A DNA stretch of 64,000 nucleotides from Camelus ferus (lineage: Eukaryota), in NCBI RefSeq assembly GCF_009834535.1, contig NC_045697.1:11410001-11474000 (forward strand). Direction: 5' to 3'. The position numbers were made by a program, and so were the translations under genes. Positions 38,938-49,890 of this stretch are shown here, piece by piece. Under the pieces are notes generated by a model. The model was given only the letters and a program-made list of their open reading frames with translations. It searched no databases and had not been told where the DNA came from. Numbering within the stretch: the stretch's first letter is position 1; each line of letters starts with the position of its first letter.

Positions 38938-41274
38938 TCCAAATATTTCATATTTATTGATGCCAATTTTTAAATTTCAATTTCCACTTGTCATTGCTAG
39001 TATTTAGAAATGCAATTGATTTTTGTATACTGATCTTGTATCCTGCAACCTTCCTAAGCTAACTTATTAGTTTAGGTTCTTTTCTATAGATTTTTTTGGA
39101 TTTTCTACATATTTGATCACGTTTCCAATTTTTGGAAAGAGATTGATTAGAATTGGTATTACTTCTCCCTGAAATATTTGGTAGAATTCATTAGGGAAGC
39201 CATCTGGGCCTGGGATTTTTTTTGTGGGAAGATTTTTAACTATAAATTCAGTTTCATTAGCAAATATTTATCTTGTCTTTTTTTCCTTGAGTCAGCTTTG
39301 GTAGTTTGTCTTTCAAATAATTTATCAATGATGTTATTGGATTAATTGGAATAAAGTTTTCATACTGTTTCCTTATTATCATGTTAATATCTATAGAATC
39401 TGTCTGTGTCATATTTCACATTCTTAATATTGGTAATTGATTGCTTCTTTCTTTTTTTCTGATCAGTCACCTCTCTTCTAGAAAGAGAAGAAAAGCTTTG
39501 AATGCATTGATTTTTCAATTGTTTTCCTGTTTCATTGATTTTCACTTCAATTCTTTACTATTTCCTTTCTTTATACCTTGAGTTTCATTTGCTCTTCTCT
39601 TTTTAGTTTCTTAAGGTAGCAGGATTTGAAGCTATCTTGTTTTCTAACATCTGTGTCTAGTGCTATAAATTTTCACTTATTACTGATGTAGCTGCATCCC
39701 ACAAATTTTGATATGTGGTGTTTGCATTTTCGTTTAGTTCAAAATACAATCTGATTTCCCTTTTGATTTCCCCTCTGACCCTTGAATGTGTTACTTAGTA
39801 TCCAATTATTTAGGGATTTTTTAGATCTATTTCTATCATTGATTTCTTACCTAAAACCAATATATCCAGAGATTATAATTTCTATGAATTTATTACAAAT
39901 TATTGAGACTTTTTTTGACCCAGAATATGGTCTATTCTGATAAATAGCATGTGCACTTGAAAAGAATGTTAATTCTGCCATTAGTGGGTGGAGTGTTCTA
40001 TAAAGATCAATTAGGCCAAGTAACCATGACTGTGGTTTAAATTTCCTATATGTCTTAATTTTTTGTCTAGTTGCTCTATCAACTATTAAAAGAGGAGTAT
40101 TGAAATCTCCTAATCTATCTGTGGATTTGTCTAGTTCATCCTGCAGTTTATCCGTGTTTGCCTCATGTATTTGATGCACTGCCATTATGCACATACACTC
40201 AAGATGCTCTGGTATGTTTTAAGTTTTAAAAGCCCAGTTGAGCATCACATGGCCCCACCCCACACCCTCACACACTGTTGACAGTCCTGAGGTCTCATCC
40301 CCACTCCTACATGACCAGGAATAAGCAGTATGTCTCCCAAACTAAATTGCTTCAGAAAAGAATAATCCAAACACATATTTTTTAAGCAGATGTTTTCCTC
40401 TTTTTATGGTACTTGAAATCTCTTTGGAGAATCAAGACCATGACACTGCAGTGAACAATGCAAGGCCGTTTATTAATAGCCAGAAATATTGTGCAGGATT
40501 CCAAAGGGGCTGGAGTTCAATCAGCAGTGAGGCTTGTGTGTGTTTCATTCTTTTGTTCTTCTGCCCTTCCCCTCCTTCTCTCTCCCTCCCTCCCTCCCCC
40601 ATTTCCTTCCTTCATTTCACATTTCCTTGGTACCTAATCAGCGTTTGTTTCTTTGTCAAAAGAGGTTGCAGAGTTGATTCAAACAAGATCCCTGACCTCA
40701 GAGAATGTAAGAAGTTGGCTTGGAGAAGTGGGACTTGAGTGGAGCCTTGAAAGACAATAGCTGAAGGACATACTCTGTGGGATGAAGAAGGAATTTGGTA
40801 CATTCATTATAAAATGAATTCTGTGGTTGTCTATAAAACTTGAAATTTTCATGTCTTCTATCTGATCGTTGTTGATCAAAAAATAAAGATGCTTGGATTT
40901 TTTTTTCCCCTTACTATTAAAATTACATATCCTTAGTAAATGTGGAATGGGGAGGAAACTAAATGACAGGGAAATAACCATTTCTACTCACATCACCTAG
41001 GTATAAATACTGTAGACATTTTGCTATTTTTCTAATTTTTTTCCTGTTTATTAAATATAATCATTAAATTTTATACCCTGATCTTTTCTTGACATCGTCT
41101 TCAGAATTTTCTATTTGGCTGTCATTTTTAAATCATGGCTAAATAATAGTTTACTTTAAAATTTCCCTATGTTTTATATCTAGGTTGTTAACAGTTTTCC
41201 CTTACTAAAAAATATTCTGCCCATAGATTTTTGTGAATTCTGTATTTACTATTTTAATGTTTTATAGGTGAAGG

Positions 41275-41570
41275 GAACTTTTTGAGCTTATCAAGTCCAA
41301 CCATGTCAGCTTTCAGACAAGAAACTGAGCATGTGGGTAATTAACTGAGTTCTTCTAGCTACACTTCTCAAACTTTAATGTGTGTAGGAATCACCTGGGG
41401 ATCTTATTAGGCTAGAGATTATGATTCAGTAAGCTTGAGGTGGAGCCCAATAGTCCGCATTTCTGACAACTTCCCAGGTGATCCAGTTGGTGCTCAAAAT
41501 ATGACTCATGTATCAGATGAAGGATCTGAACCCTAAAGTCTGTCTGCAAAGCCCTGACACGCTCTCACTC
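41275..41570 (-). mobile_element. MIR with a nested MER5A hAT-Charlie element (about 41362-41495)
   Basis: MER5A: CTTCTCAAACTTTAATGTG..GAATCACCTGGGGATCTT...GATTCAGTAAG...TTCCCAGGTGAT. Confidence 0.75.
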
Positions 41571-43029
41571 TCACTCTTACCTAGGATAAGGCCACAGCGG
41601 TAACTAGGGCCAACGGGGGAAGCTTTTGCATACAAATGAAATATAATTTGATTATCCTAATTTAAGGATACTTTTGGAGACACGTAAGCCCTGGCTGAAT
41701 ACCCAATGTGTGGAGAGGTTTCATAGAAATTCAAAGATGGAGGGGAGTATCTATCATCTGGTGACCTTGAAGGTCCTCCCAACCCCAAGGTTAAGGTTTC
41801 ATATGTTAAAATTGAATACTTTGAGTGTTTATCTGAACAGCTAGCTCCTCAGCCACTTAAGATTCAAGGAGCTATTTTCTTATAGAAATTTCATTGCCAG
41901 GCAGAAAAACTAAATGAAATTAGTACTTCTTTTTTTTCAAACAAAACCGGGTAGGAATTAGAGACCCAGGAGATGGCCAGAGTTGTCACATGAACACATG
42001 AACCCTCTCTCTCTTTCTATCTTTCTCCCTACCTTTTTTTTCTTTTAGGAAAAATAAAACCTCACATTTGAGAAATTTTCAGAAATATAATTTGTATTTG
42101 AAGAAAATGTCAGAATTATTTAACACACGATGGGAAGCAAAAGTGAAAATGTAAACGACTGGGGTCTCTTTACATAAGGAAGATAGCGTTGCTTCTTAGT
42201 ACAGACACATTTTTCTCTACCAGGTGTTCAAATGATGATGTTCTCCTTGAAACATGTTAACTGTCTGACTGATAAATTTCAAATTGTCACAGCCTGATGA
42301 GCTCCAGCCTGAGAGAGAAAGAGAAAACTGCTTGCTTTTCATGCAAGTGACATGAAAACTCCAGAAAATTCCCATTTGGGTTGTTGATTTTACTGAAGTT
42401 TTCCAACTGCTGGCACTGCTGCTTGGAGATGTGTAGGTGCATGGTTGAGAGAGGCAATGCCTTAAAGACGCCCACTGGGATAGCCCATCACCATCACCCG
42501 CTTCCAGTGTTCCGGACTCCCGTTCCCAGAGGCCTGCCAGACCTCCCTCCGTGGGCTGGACACCTGCTGCTTAGTCTGTCTAAAACCAAGCCCATTATCC
42601 ACCTTCCCTACCAAACCAGGTTCTCCTCTTGATTCTGAATAAATTCATTTCATGTCACTTTCCTCTTCTCAAAACCATAAATCAGATTCTCCACACTTGA
42701 TCTCTAGCTTACATCAAGTACTGGTGATTCCCCCGTTCCAGATGGTTCAAAAATTTCATCTCCACTGCCTCCATTCAAGTTCCTGTTGTCTCAGACATTC
42801 TAGTACCTTCTCCACACCGATGCCAGATTATTCTTTCCAAAGGACAAGTATCATTTTTCCTAAGTGCTAAGTCACACTGTGGTCTGAAATCTTCGACTAA
42901 CTACAGCCTAAAGTTCACACTTGCTCACCTGGCCTTCTATGAGGGTAGCCCCAAATTTTCTGTTCAGCCTCCTCTGCACATGAACTACAGTCTAGACACA
43001 TTAGAGAAAATGCCATTCCTGAAAGACAG

Positions 43030-43195
43030 GTTTAGGAAGTAGGCTTGCATAGTGGGTTACAAAGCTTTGGGTTCAGGATCCAGCTCTGCTCTTTCCAAGC
43101 TGTGCGCGACCTTGAAGTTAACCCTGAGCCAGCCTCTCATTTATAAAATAGTGCCAGCCTCCTCTAATCAGCACAAAGGTTCGAGTTAAAACTTG
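43030..43195 (+). mobile_element. MIR SINE
   Basis: GCATAGTGG...TGGGTTCAGGATCCAGCTCTGC..AAGCTGTG.GACCTTG..AAGTTAACC. Confidence 0.75.
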
Positions 43196-43199
43196 GAAC

Positions 43200-43640
43200 A
43201 GAACATCCAGTTTCTGTTCAGACATGCAGAGTGTTAGAAAGAGCATTGTTCCTGATCTTACAACAAAGGAGCAGAGCAAACTGCAATCCCGTGAAAGTTT
43301 TCTCATTGACCAAAGACCTGAGATCCCCGGGGAAAGGACCACCCTAAAATCTAAGACGAGACAGTCACCTGCAAAGAGAGGCAGAACACAAGCACTTGCT
43401 TGCCTGGGACAGATGCTTGCCTGGGACAGATGCAGCAGGACACCAGGAGGAACAGTCCACAAATGGAGGCTGGTGAGAGCGCATCAAGCCCTCGGGGGCC
43501 GCAGATACAAGGGAGTTTACACATTTTTGCCACCTCGTCCTCAATGGTCAGCACTTGGTGAGACCCTTAAGGAAGTGTCCCTCATGGTTCAGGCCTGGGC
43601 TTGGGGAACAGTAGCCACTACAAAAAGGACATAAAATATC
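43200..43640 (+). mobile_element. Probable old L1 5' UTR fragment containing a 17-bp tandem duplication (43397-43433)
   Basis: CCAGTTTCTGTTCAGACATG...ACAAGCACTTGCTTGCCTGGG resembles L1MC/MD 5' ends. (TGCTTGCCTGGGACAGA)x2 read directly. Confidence 0.5.
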
Positions 43641-43959
43641 ACCAAGACCATCCACACACAGGAGGACCTCATTTCCTGCATGGCTTCCTCTACCCTTTTG
43701 CTCATCCAGGGCTTTAAACTTTACATTGAAATTATGCATTTGAGGGCAGGAGTTCTAGCTTAATTTTTTAATAGAGAAAGGGAAAACAGTTATCAAATAA
43801 CTAGACTCCTTTCCTAAGGGCACACAGTAAATTTCTTTAAAATTTCAAAAAATCACAGGCAAGTGCTTCTGCTATGAGTCCACTCCCCGAAGTTGGTAGG
43901 AAACATCTGTTAGGACGTGAGATGTTCAAGGTTTTATCACACACGGGCTTACTTAGGAC

Positions 43960-44065
43960 GGCTTACTGCTATTCTGTCAGATTAACGTAGGGATTCATAA
44001 CCCCATTTTACAGATGAGAGAATTGACACCCAGAGAGAGGAAGGCCTGTCCCAGATCAAAGAACA
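43960..44065 (-). mobile_element. MIR SINE core
   Basis: CCCCATTTTACAGATGAGAGAATTGA..CCCAGAGAG. Confidence 0.75.
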
Positions 44066-44191
44066 GTATTGTTCAGGTGAGGCTGAAAAAAAAAAGAATG
44101 GGTGGAGGCGAGGAGGGGTAGTCCTCTTTAAAGATTTTATCCCATGAACAATTTGAAAGAGTAAATGTGGTTTAAAAACATACAGATGTAA

Positions 44192-44333
44192 TCTTTTTTC
44201 CTTAAAGTCTTGGGGGTGGGGGTTGGGTGGGAGAGGTAGTTATGTTCATTTATTTAAATGGAGGTGCTGGTGATTGAACCCAGGACCTCGTGCATGCTAG
44301 GCACGCACTCTACCACTGAGCTATGCCCTCCAC
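44192..44333 (-). mobile_element. Camelid tRNA-derived SINE (Vic-type)
   Basis: Reverse complement: GGGCATAGCTCAGTGGTAGAGTGCGTGCCTAGCATGCACGAGGTCCTGGGTTCAATCACCAGCACCTCCA, plus a tail with a C-rich segment. Confidence 0.88.
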
Positions 44334-44829
44334 CTTTGATGTGGGTCTGATGTTACCTCCTCAAACGATGAATCCGCTTGATACTAAACATCCACTTCCT
44401 CCTCCTGCTGGTGGCCACACCCCGGTCTGGCTTTGAGGAAGCTGCCTCTCGTTCTCTCTTTACAGCCCAGAAGGGAAGGCGCCCGTGCCAGGGTCCAGGC
44501 CCCGCCCCTGGCTCTTCCCTACGTGTCCTCTGGAGGCCCAGCCAGCTCCAGCAAGACTGGACTCTCAGGTTTCACCAGGCCACCATCTTTCTTGGACTCT
44601 CCCTTCCTCTGTCACTGATGTTGAGGTGACACCACACGGAGAGCAAAAGAAGCCAAGTCCAGAAATGAGGCCTAGCGGTGCTTTTGAACTTTAATCAAGC
44701 CTTACTGAGGCGGTAACGCTAGTCCGGGTACTTTGCATTTCCTGGAGCTATCAGTCTCCCTCTCTACCCTTTGCCTTCTTGTTCTAAAGCTATTTGAGTT
44801 GGGTTCTTAAAACTGCAGAGGGAAGACAC

Positions 44830-45500
44830 TTAGCTAGCATATCCCTTCATGGCTACTAAGTGAGCAAAGGTGTAAAAATAATAACAATCAAAATTTGGCA
44901 AGAGTGTGGGAGGCAGGATCTCTCCTACGCAACTTACATAAATATCAACTGGCATATCTATATGTATATTTGTATATATATGTGTGTGTATATATACACA
45001 CATACACACTATATATATAGAGAGAGAGAGACTTAAAAATGTGTATACCTTAGCACTCAAATATTCCACTTTAAAAATTTTACCTTACGTGAATGCTCAA
45101 GAATATGTGACGCAAATTGATTAGAAAAAGCATCCATAGTTGTAACTTATAACATCAAAGAACTGGAAGTAATCTAAACATCCAACACCAGGAGATAAAT
45201 TAGATAGTGAGACACCCATACAACACGAACGAAGCAGAATTCAAAACAATATTGTGGAAGAACAGAAACATGTTCAGTAGTTCATAAAATATCATTGAGA
45301 AAACATAGAGTGTAAATGACAGGTACGGTCTGATTTTACTTTTGCTTATAAAAATATAGATTTATATGCATGTAGAGGTTATGGGGACACGATCCCTCAA
45401 TATGTTATCAGTAGCAGGAATATCAGTACTTTTTAAATGTTTTCCTTTATGATTATTTTTTAAATTAATTATCATGAATTTAAAAGATAACATTTAAAGC
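44830..45500 (+). mobile_element. Highly decayed L1ME-like 3' fragment with (TA)/(GA) simple repeats (about 44955-45030)
   Basis: TTAAAAATGTGTATACCTT..AATATTCCACTT..AATTTACC...AACTGGAAGTAATCTAAACATCCAAC. Confidence 0.6.
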
Positions 45501-46639
45501 TTTTTAAGGAAGAGTAAATATTGCATTAGTGAAAAATTAGACAAACCAGAGGAAAGGCTCCTTTCATACTCATGTCCCTGTCGTACCATCACTCTCATGT
45601 CGCACGGCTGGGTAGTTTTCTTTGTTGCCTTTCTCTAGCAACTGTTGTCGCTGTTAGAGTGTGTACAGAACTTTGTATCTTGTTTTTGCCAGGATATTTT
45701 CTGCTATTATTTGATATTTTTGCTGGTAGTTAGTGTTTTCCTAGGTCATTATTAGACATTTCTACCCAACATTCATAGCAGTTATGTAACACCTGAGCTT
45801 GGGTAACAGCCCATGAATCTATTGTCCTTCTCTTTATTCCCATCTTGTTGGACAGTTAGGCTGTCTAGGTCTTCAAAACCAAATTCTGCATTGCTGTGTA
45901 TTTTTGGATGGTTTCCTTGTGAGACATCCCCCTGAACAATCTAAGGAGGGGATCTTCCAAAGGCGGTGTGGAAATGACACAGTTGCAGATGACCAGTGGC
46001 ATGACAGCCATCACCTGTGCCCCTGATGCTTCTCACCGGAACTGCTTCTGACTGTAGGATCGGTGGGAATAGCTCCCTCTGTCCAAGCCGCTGCCTGGAC
46101 CATTCTTTCAAGTGCAATGGAAGCAGAGAGCTTCCAAAGCCCGGAATGAGGCTGGGCCCAGGCCAGGGGCCGGCTGGGGAAAAGCTAAGAGAGAGGAAAG
46201 GGATAAGATCTTTCCAGCTGCTCTTAAGTGCAGCTTAAGGTTTAGTGGCCATCAATTGAATCAATATCTGACCTGGAGCCTGGTTGGCCGAGACATTGAG
46301 TCATTTCTGCATGTCCAAAGCTACAAAGTGGAGCCTCTGTAATGGACAGGGAGGGAAGTTGATGGAGGGAGGCCGGCCTTGGGTCAGGAGGCCGCAGTTC
46401 CATCGGCCAGATATGTGACTCCGAGAAGGTCTTCCTGACAAAACGGGGCCAATAATACCTGCCCTTCCTGGAAGGCTGAGTGCCTTCAATGACAAGATGG
46501 GCAGGAAAGTCTTTTGTAAACTCTAGAGCAGTGCCTCCTTGTGAGGGATTAATAAGACCTTCCATGCATGATCAAGGTAAGAAAATGCCTGGGGCTTGCT
46601 CCTTATGCCCAGCGTCTGATGGGAAAGGGGGTTGTTTCT

Positions 46640-47028
46640 TTGTCTATTCTACATTCATTGAGTGCTTATTACGTGCCAGGTTATATTTTAGGTACTTGAG
46701 ACACAGCAGTGAACTAGCCAGAGAAGGCCTTTCATGGAACTTTACATTCAACCAAGTGGAGACAAACAGCATAGGAAACAATCGTGTAAACACGAGACCT
46801 TCAGAAAATGGTAGCAAGAATAAAATAAAGCGGGGTGACCTGATAGAGAGGGCAGAGCAAGGGACTGGCTTTTTTCCTGAAGTGTGAACAGGGCGTCTCT
46901 AAAAGGTGACAGTGTGCTAAGTCCTGAAAGCTGGAAAGCAGCAAACGATCTGAAGATCTGGGGGAAGATGTTCCAGGCAGAAGGAACAGCAAAGGCAAGA
47001 GCTTGGAAGTGGGAAAACCTTGGAGGGA
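46640..47028 (-). mobile_element. L2 fragment
   Basis: ACATTCATTGAGTGCTTATTACGTGCCAGG...GGGGAAGATGTTCCAGGCAGAAGGAACAGC. Confidence 0.8.
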
Positions 47029-47029
47029 T

Positions 47030-47646
47030 GATGGAGACTGATTGTGTGTCCCTCCCTCCCAAATTCATACGTTGAAACCTAATCCCCAACGTGATGGTAT
47101 TTGGAGGCGGGGCCTTTGGGAGGTGACGGAGCATGAGGTCAGAGCGCTCACAAATGGGTTAGCGCCCTTATAAGAAGAGATACCATTAACTAGATTTATG
47201 GCGGTGATCATTTCATAATATATCCATATAATAGAATCATTATGTTCTAAACCTGAAACTAATGTAATAAAAGAACAAAAAAAGTCACCAGGAGTCGATA
47301 ATTGATGAAGGTGGGTGAAAGGTAATATAGCAATTTACATAAGCTATTGTCTCTACTTTGGTATATGTTTGAAATTATCTAAAATGAAAAGTTTAATATA
47401 AAAGATTTATAATCATCAAAAACAAAAAAAAAAGAGAGAGAGCAGAGCTCCCTCTCTCTGCCCCATGAGGACACAGTGAGAAAGCTGCCACCTGCGAGCC
47501 CAGAAGAGATTCCTCACTGCAACCCAGCACTGCTGGCACCTTGACCATGGACTTCAAGCCTCCAGAACCAAAAGAAAATAAATTCCTGCCGTTTAAGCCA
47601 CCCAGTCTGTGGCATTTTGTCATAGGAACTCAAGAGACTAAGACAA
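47030..47646 (+). mobile_element. MLT1A-like MaLR LTR split by an insertion at about 47186-47433
   Basis: AAATTCATACGTTGAAACCTAATCCCCAA.GTGATGGTATTTGGAGG.GGGGCCTTTGGGAGGTG...CCCTTATAAGAAGAG, resuming at GAGGACACAGTGAGAA...TTTAAGCCACCCAGTCTGTGG...GACTAAGACA. Confidence 0.88.
47186..47433 (+). mobile_element. Composite L1 insertion: younger L1 3' end + A-tail + older L1 3' fragment + second A-tail
   Basis: TAACTAGATTTATGG.GGTGATCATTTC...CCTGAAACTAAT, then AAAAGAACAAAAAAA, then GATAATTGATGAAGGTGGGTGA...CTCTACTTTGGTATATGTTTGAAATT, then AAAAACAAAAAAAAAA. Confidence 0.7.
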
Positions 47647-47727
47647 ATGTAAGGAGTCTGTAGGTCTGTATGGGTTAGTTTAGAACAATTCTCCTTGTTC
47701 CTTTGTTGGCAAAAGGTCTGTAGTTAG

Positions 47728-47962
47728 GTCAGGCATCCTCAACAGTGGGAGAGTGCCCAAAAGAAAACAAAAATTGGTCCTATTAGGGGGCACCAAAAAT
47801 TTACATTCTTTTTGTGTAAAGCATAAATACATGTATAGTACATAAACAAATATACAGCATATCTATGCTATTAAAATGTCACGGGAAGAGTTGATTAAGA
47901 AACACATATCTTAAAAAGGTCTTTAAAGAGTCAGTAGTGAGAAAGGTTGAGAAATGCTGAGT
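47728..47962. mobile_element. hAT-Charlie non-autonomous element (MER20-like)
   Basis: CAGGCATCCTCAAC...AAAGGTTGAGAAATGCTG inverted termini typical of Charlie MITEs. Confidence 0.6.
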
Positions 47963-48229
47963 TAGATCCACTCAGGACCTGGCATGGCATTACTGAAAGG
48001 TAAGTGAAAAGTTTTCCTTTTTCAGCAGGAACCTGGAAGTGCAAGTCCTTGGATGCTGTCCTTCCACCATCACCTACCAGGAGCCCCCAGGAGAGACACA
48101 GAAAAACCAGTCAGACAAGGAGGCTTGCTCCTAGCTGAGACGCTGGTCATCCCAGCTTAGCTGTGAGACTTAGAAAACTGCCCCCAGAAAGAGCTTCCAT
48201 AAGAGAGAACTTGCTTTTCCCCTCACATA

Positions 48230-48592
48230 AATGAGTCCCAGAAGCAAGAGTCCAAGCCCATTATGGTAGCTCCACAATGATCTTGAGCACTGGTTCCTTC
48301 CTCATAGTCTAAAAATGGTTGCTTGAGCTCAGCCGTCACGTCTGAAGTCCAGGCAGCTATAAGGAGGAGCAGAAGAAGGTGCACTCCTTCCCTTTGAGGA
48401 CACTTCCGAGAATTGGTACCTATCACTTCTGCTTACATCCCATTGCCAGAACTCGCTCACAGGACCCCACCTAGCTGCATGGGTAGCTCTTTAGTCATGG
48501 CAATGATGAGCTCAGCTCAAAGTTGGGAGCTCTCATATTAAGGAAGAAGGGGAGAACAGTTGCTGGGGGATGACCAGCAGTCTCTGCCACAG
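48230..48592 (-). mobile_element. MLT1J-like LTR fragment
   Basis: TCACTTCTGCTTACATCCCATTG.CCAGAACT..TCACA.GACC..ACCTAGCTGCA. Confidence 0.7.
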
Positions 48593-48726
48593 TGCACAAA
48601 TCGCCTGGACTTAGAGGTGATGGATAAGAACAGAACCTGGGGAGACTTTGAGGCTAAACCCCACTAATCCTGGGGGGCTAGATGCCTGCCTGTAGAATCT
48701 GCTCCAAAGCATTATTGAAATCCCAG

Positions 48727-49162
48727 CTGTGCTGGGTTGAATGGCGCCCCACTAAAAGTCTTGTCTACCCAGAACCTGAGAAAGTGGCCTTGTTTGAAAA
48801 TACGGTCTTTGCAGATGCAATTAGCTCAGTGAAGATGGACAAGGGTTCACCCCAAACCCGATAGGACTGGTATCTTTACAAGAAGAGGAAAAGCTGTACA
48901 GAGATGCACAGGGAAGGTCACATGATGATGAAGAGAGAGACTGGATGAAAGGTCTGCAAGGGAAGGAAGGCCGAGGACCACCAGCAACGAGCAGAAGCTA
49001 GAACTGGTGGGGAAGCATCTTCTGCCAGAGCCCCGGGAGGGAGCGTGGCCCTACCCACACCTTCATTTCAGCTTCTGGTCTCCAGAACTCTGAGGCGATG
49101 GAACTTCCATTGTTTAGGCCACTTTGTGTGTGGTACTTTGTTACACAGCCCAGGACACTCAC
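48727..49162 (+). mobile_element. MLT1 (B/C-like) solo LTR
   Basis: TGTGCTGGGTTGAATGG..CCC...TTTGAAAATA.GGTCTTTGCAGATG...TTTGTGTGTGGTACTTTGTTACACAGCCCAGGACACTCACAC. Confidence 0.85.
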
Positions 49163-49784
49163 ACCCCAGCGCTGTGCGTGCCCCAGCAGCTTTGGGCACA
49201 TAAGCAAAGGAGAGAGCTCTCCACTGTGCAGGGACCCACTGTGCAGAGGTGGGGAACAGGGAAACGACTCCACAGACCGAAGGTGGAAGATGTGGAGGAG
49301 AGGAAAGAGCCCGATTTGCAAGTGCTGGGACCCACCTCCAACTTCTGAGAAGCCACTGGATGAAGAGCTCCAGTAACTCAGAAGCAGAAGGAAGCAGGTC
49401 CCACGCTGGCTGCGGTTGCCATGGCAAATCCACTCTCCCCCGCCTCACGATGTCCCCCCCCCCAACCCTGCCACTCTTGACTGTACATACTTCCATAAAT
49501 GTCGAGCACATTAAAAGCACGGATGCCCCTAGTCATTCTTATTTACCACTCCTATTTTAGAAACAAAATTAATTTGTACAACGTATCGAAGTGAATATGC
49601 CCTAAAGTCTAGAAAGCCAGCAAGCCAGAAGGTAAATGTTAGCGTGCTTCGTGGCTGATTCTGTTGGTTGAGACACAGCGAAGGGCTCATGGGCTCAGGA
49701 TGGGTCATTCCAGCTCTTGTAGTTTGGAGTCAGGTAAACCTGACCACCTGCAAAATGATGGGGTCAAATGGCCTAAGCTAACAT

Positions 49785-49890
49785 CTTTTCATTTTATTTT
49801 TTTTAACTTTCTTTTAATGTAGGTACTGGGGATTGAACCCAGAACCTCGTACACGCTAAGCATGCACTCTACCACTGAGCTATACCCACG
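49785..49890 (-). mobile_element. Camelid tRNA-derived SINE (Vic-type, short tail)
   Basis: Reverse complement: GGGTATAGCTCAGTGGTAGAGTGCATGCTTAGCGTGTACGAGGTTCTGGGTTCAATCCCCAGTACCT, then an A-rich tail. Pol III A and B boxes look intact. Confidence 0.9.

Larger units (their letters stand above)
36885..40205 (-). mobile_element. Decayed L1 (L1MC/MD-like), 3' UTR back to the endonuclease region, with large internal deletions and nested inserts
   Basis: 3' end TTGAGGTATAATTGACACACAACAAACTG..TTTAAAGTGTACAATTTGA. ORF remnants 38455-38703 (ILKFKWKGK..ILKKKNKIGGL) and 39847-40194 (LGDFNTPL..DLYRTLHP..TFFSSAH) are L1 ORF2-like. Confidence 0.9.

Noticed and set aside
39847..40194. 115-aa ORF with an endonuclease motif (GDFNTPL)
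   Set aside because: A remnant of decayed L1 ORF2 that frameshifts out, not a standalone nuclease gene.
40984..41000. Minus-strand TAG|GTGAT|GTGAGT 5-nt exon-like motif
   Set aside because: Poor pyrimidine tract, and it appears to lie in decayed L1-like sequence. It shows that such motifs arise by chance.
41570..41600. Minus-strand CCTAG|GTAAGA resembling a recursive splice site
   Set aside because: The pyrimidine tract is weak and the site is at a MIR edge. Compatible with chance.
47975..48030. Perfect plus-strand donor AAG|GTAAGT at about 48000
   Set aside because: No convincing upstream acceptor, it abuts a DNA transposon, and I found no consistent plus-strand exon chain.
49818..49888. 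tRNA-Ala-like sequences here and at 2955-3029 and 44259-44331
   Set aside because: They lack a proper acceptor stem, carry A-rich tails and TSD-like flanks, and differ from each other. They are SINE heads, not tRNA genes.
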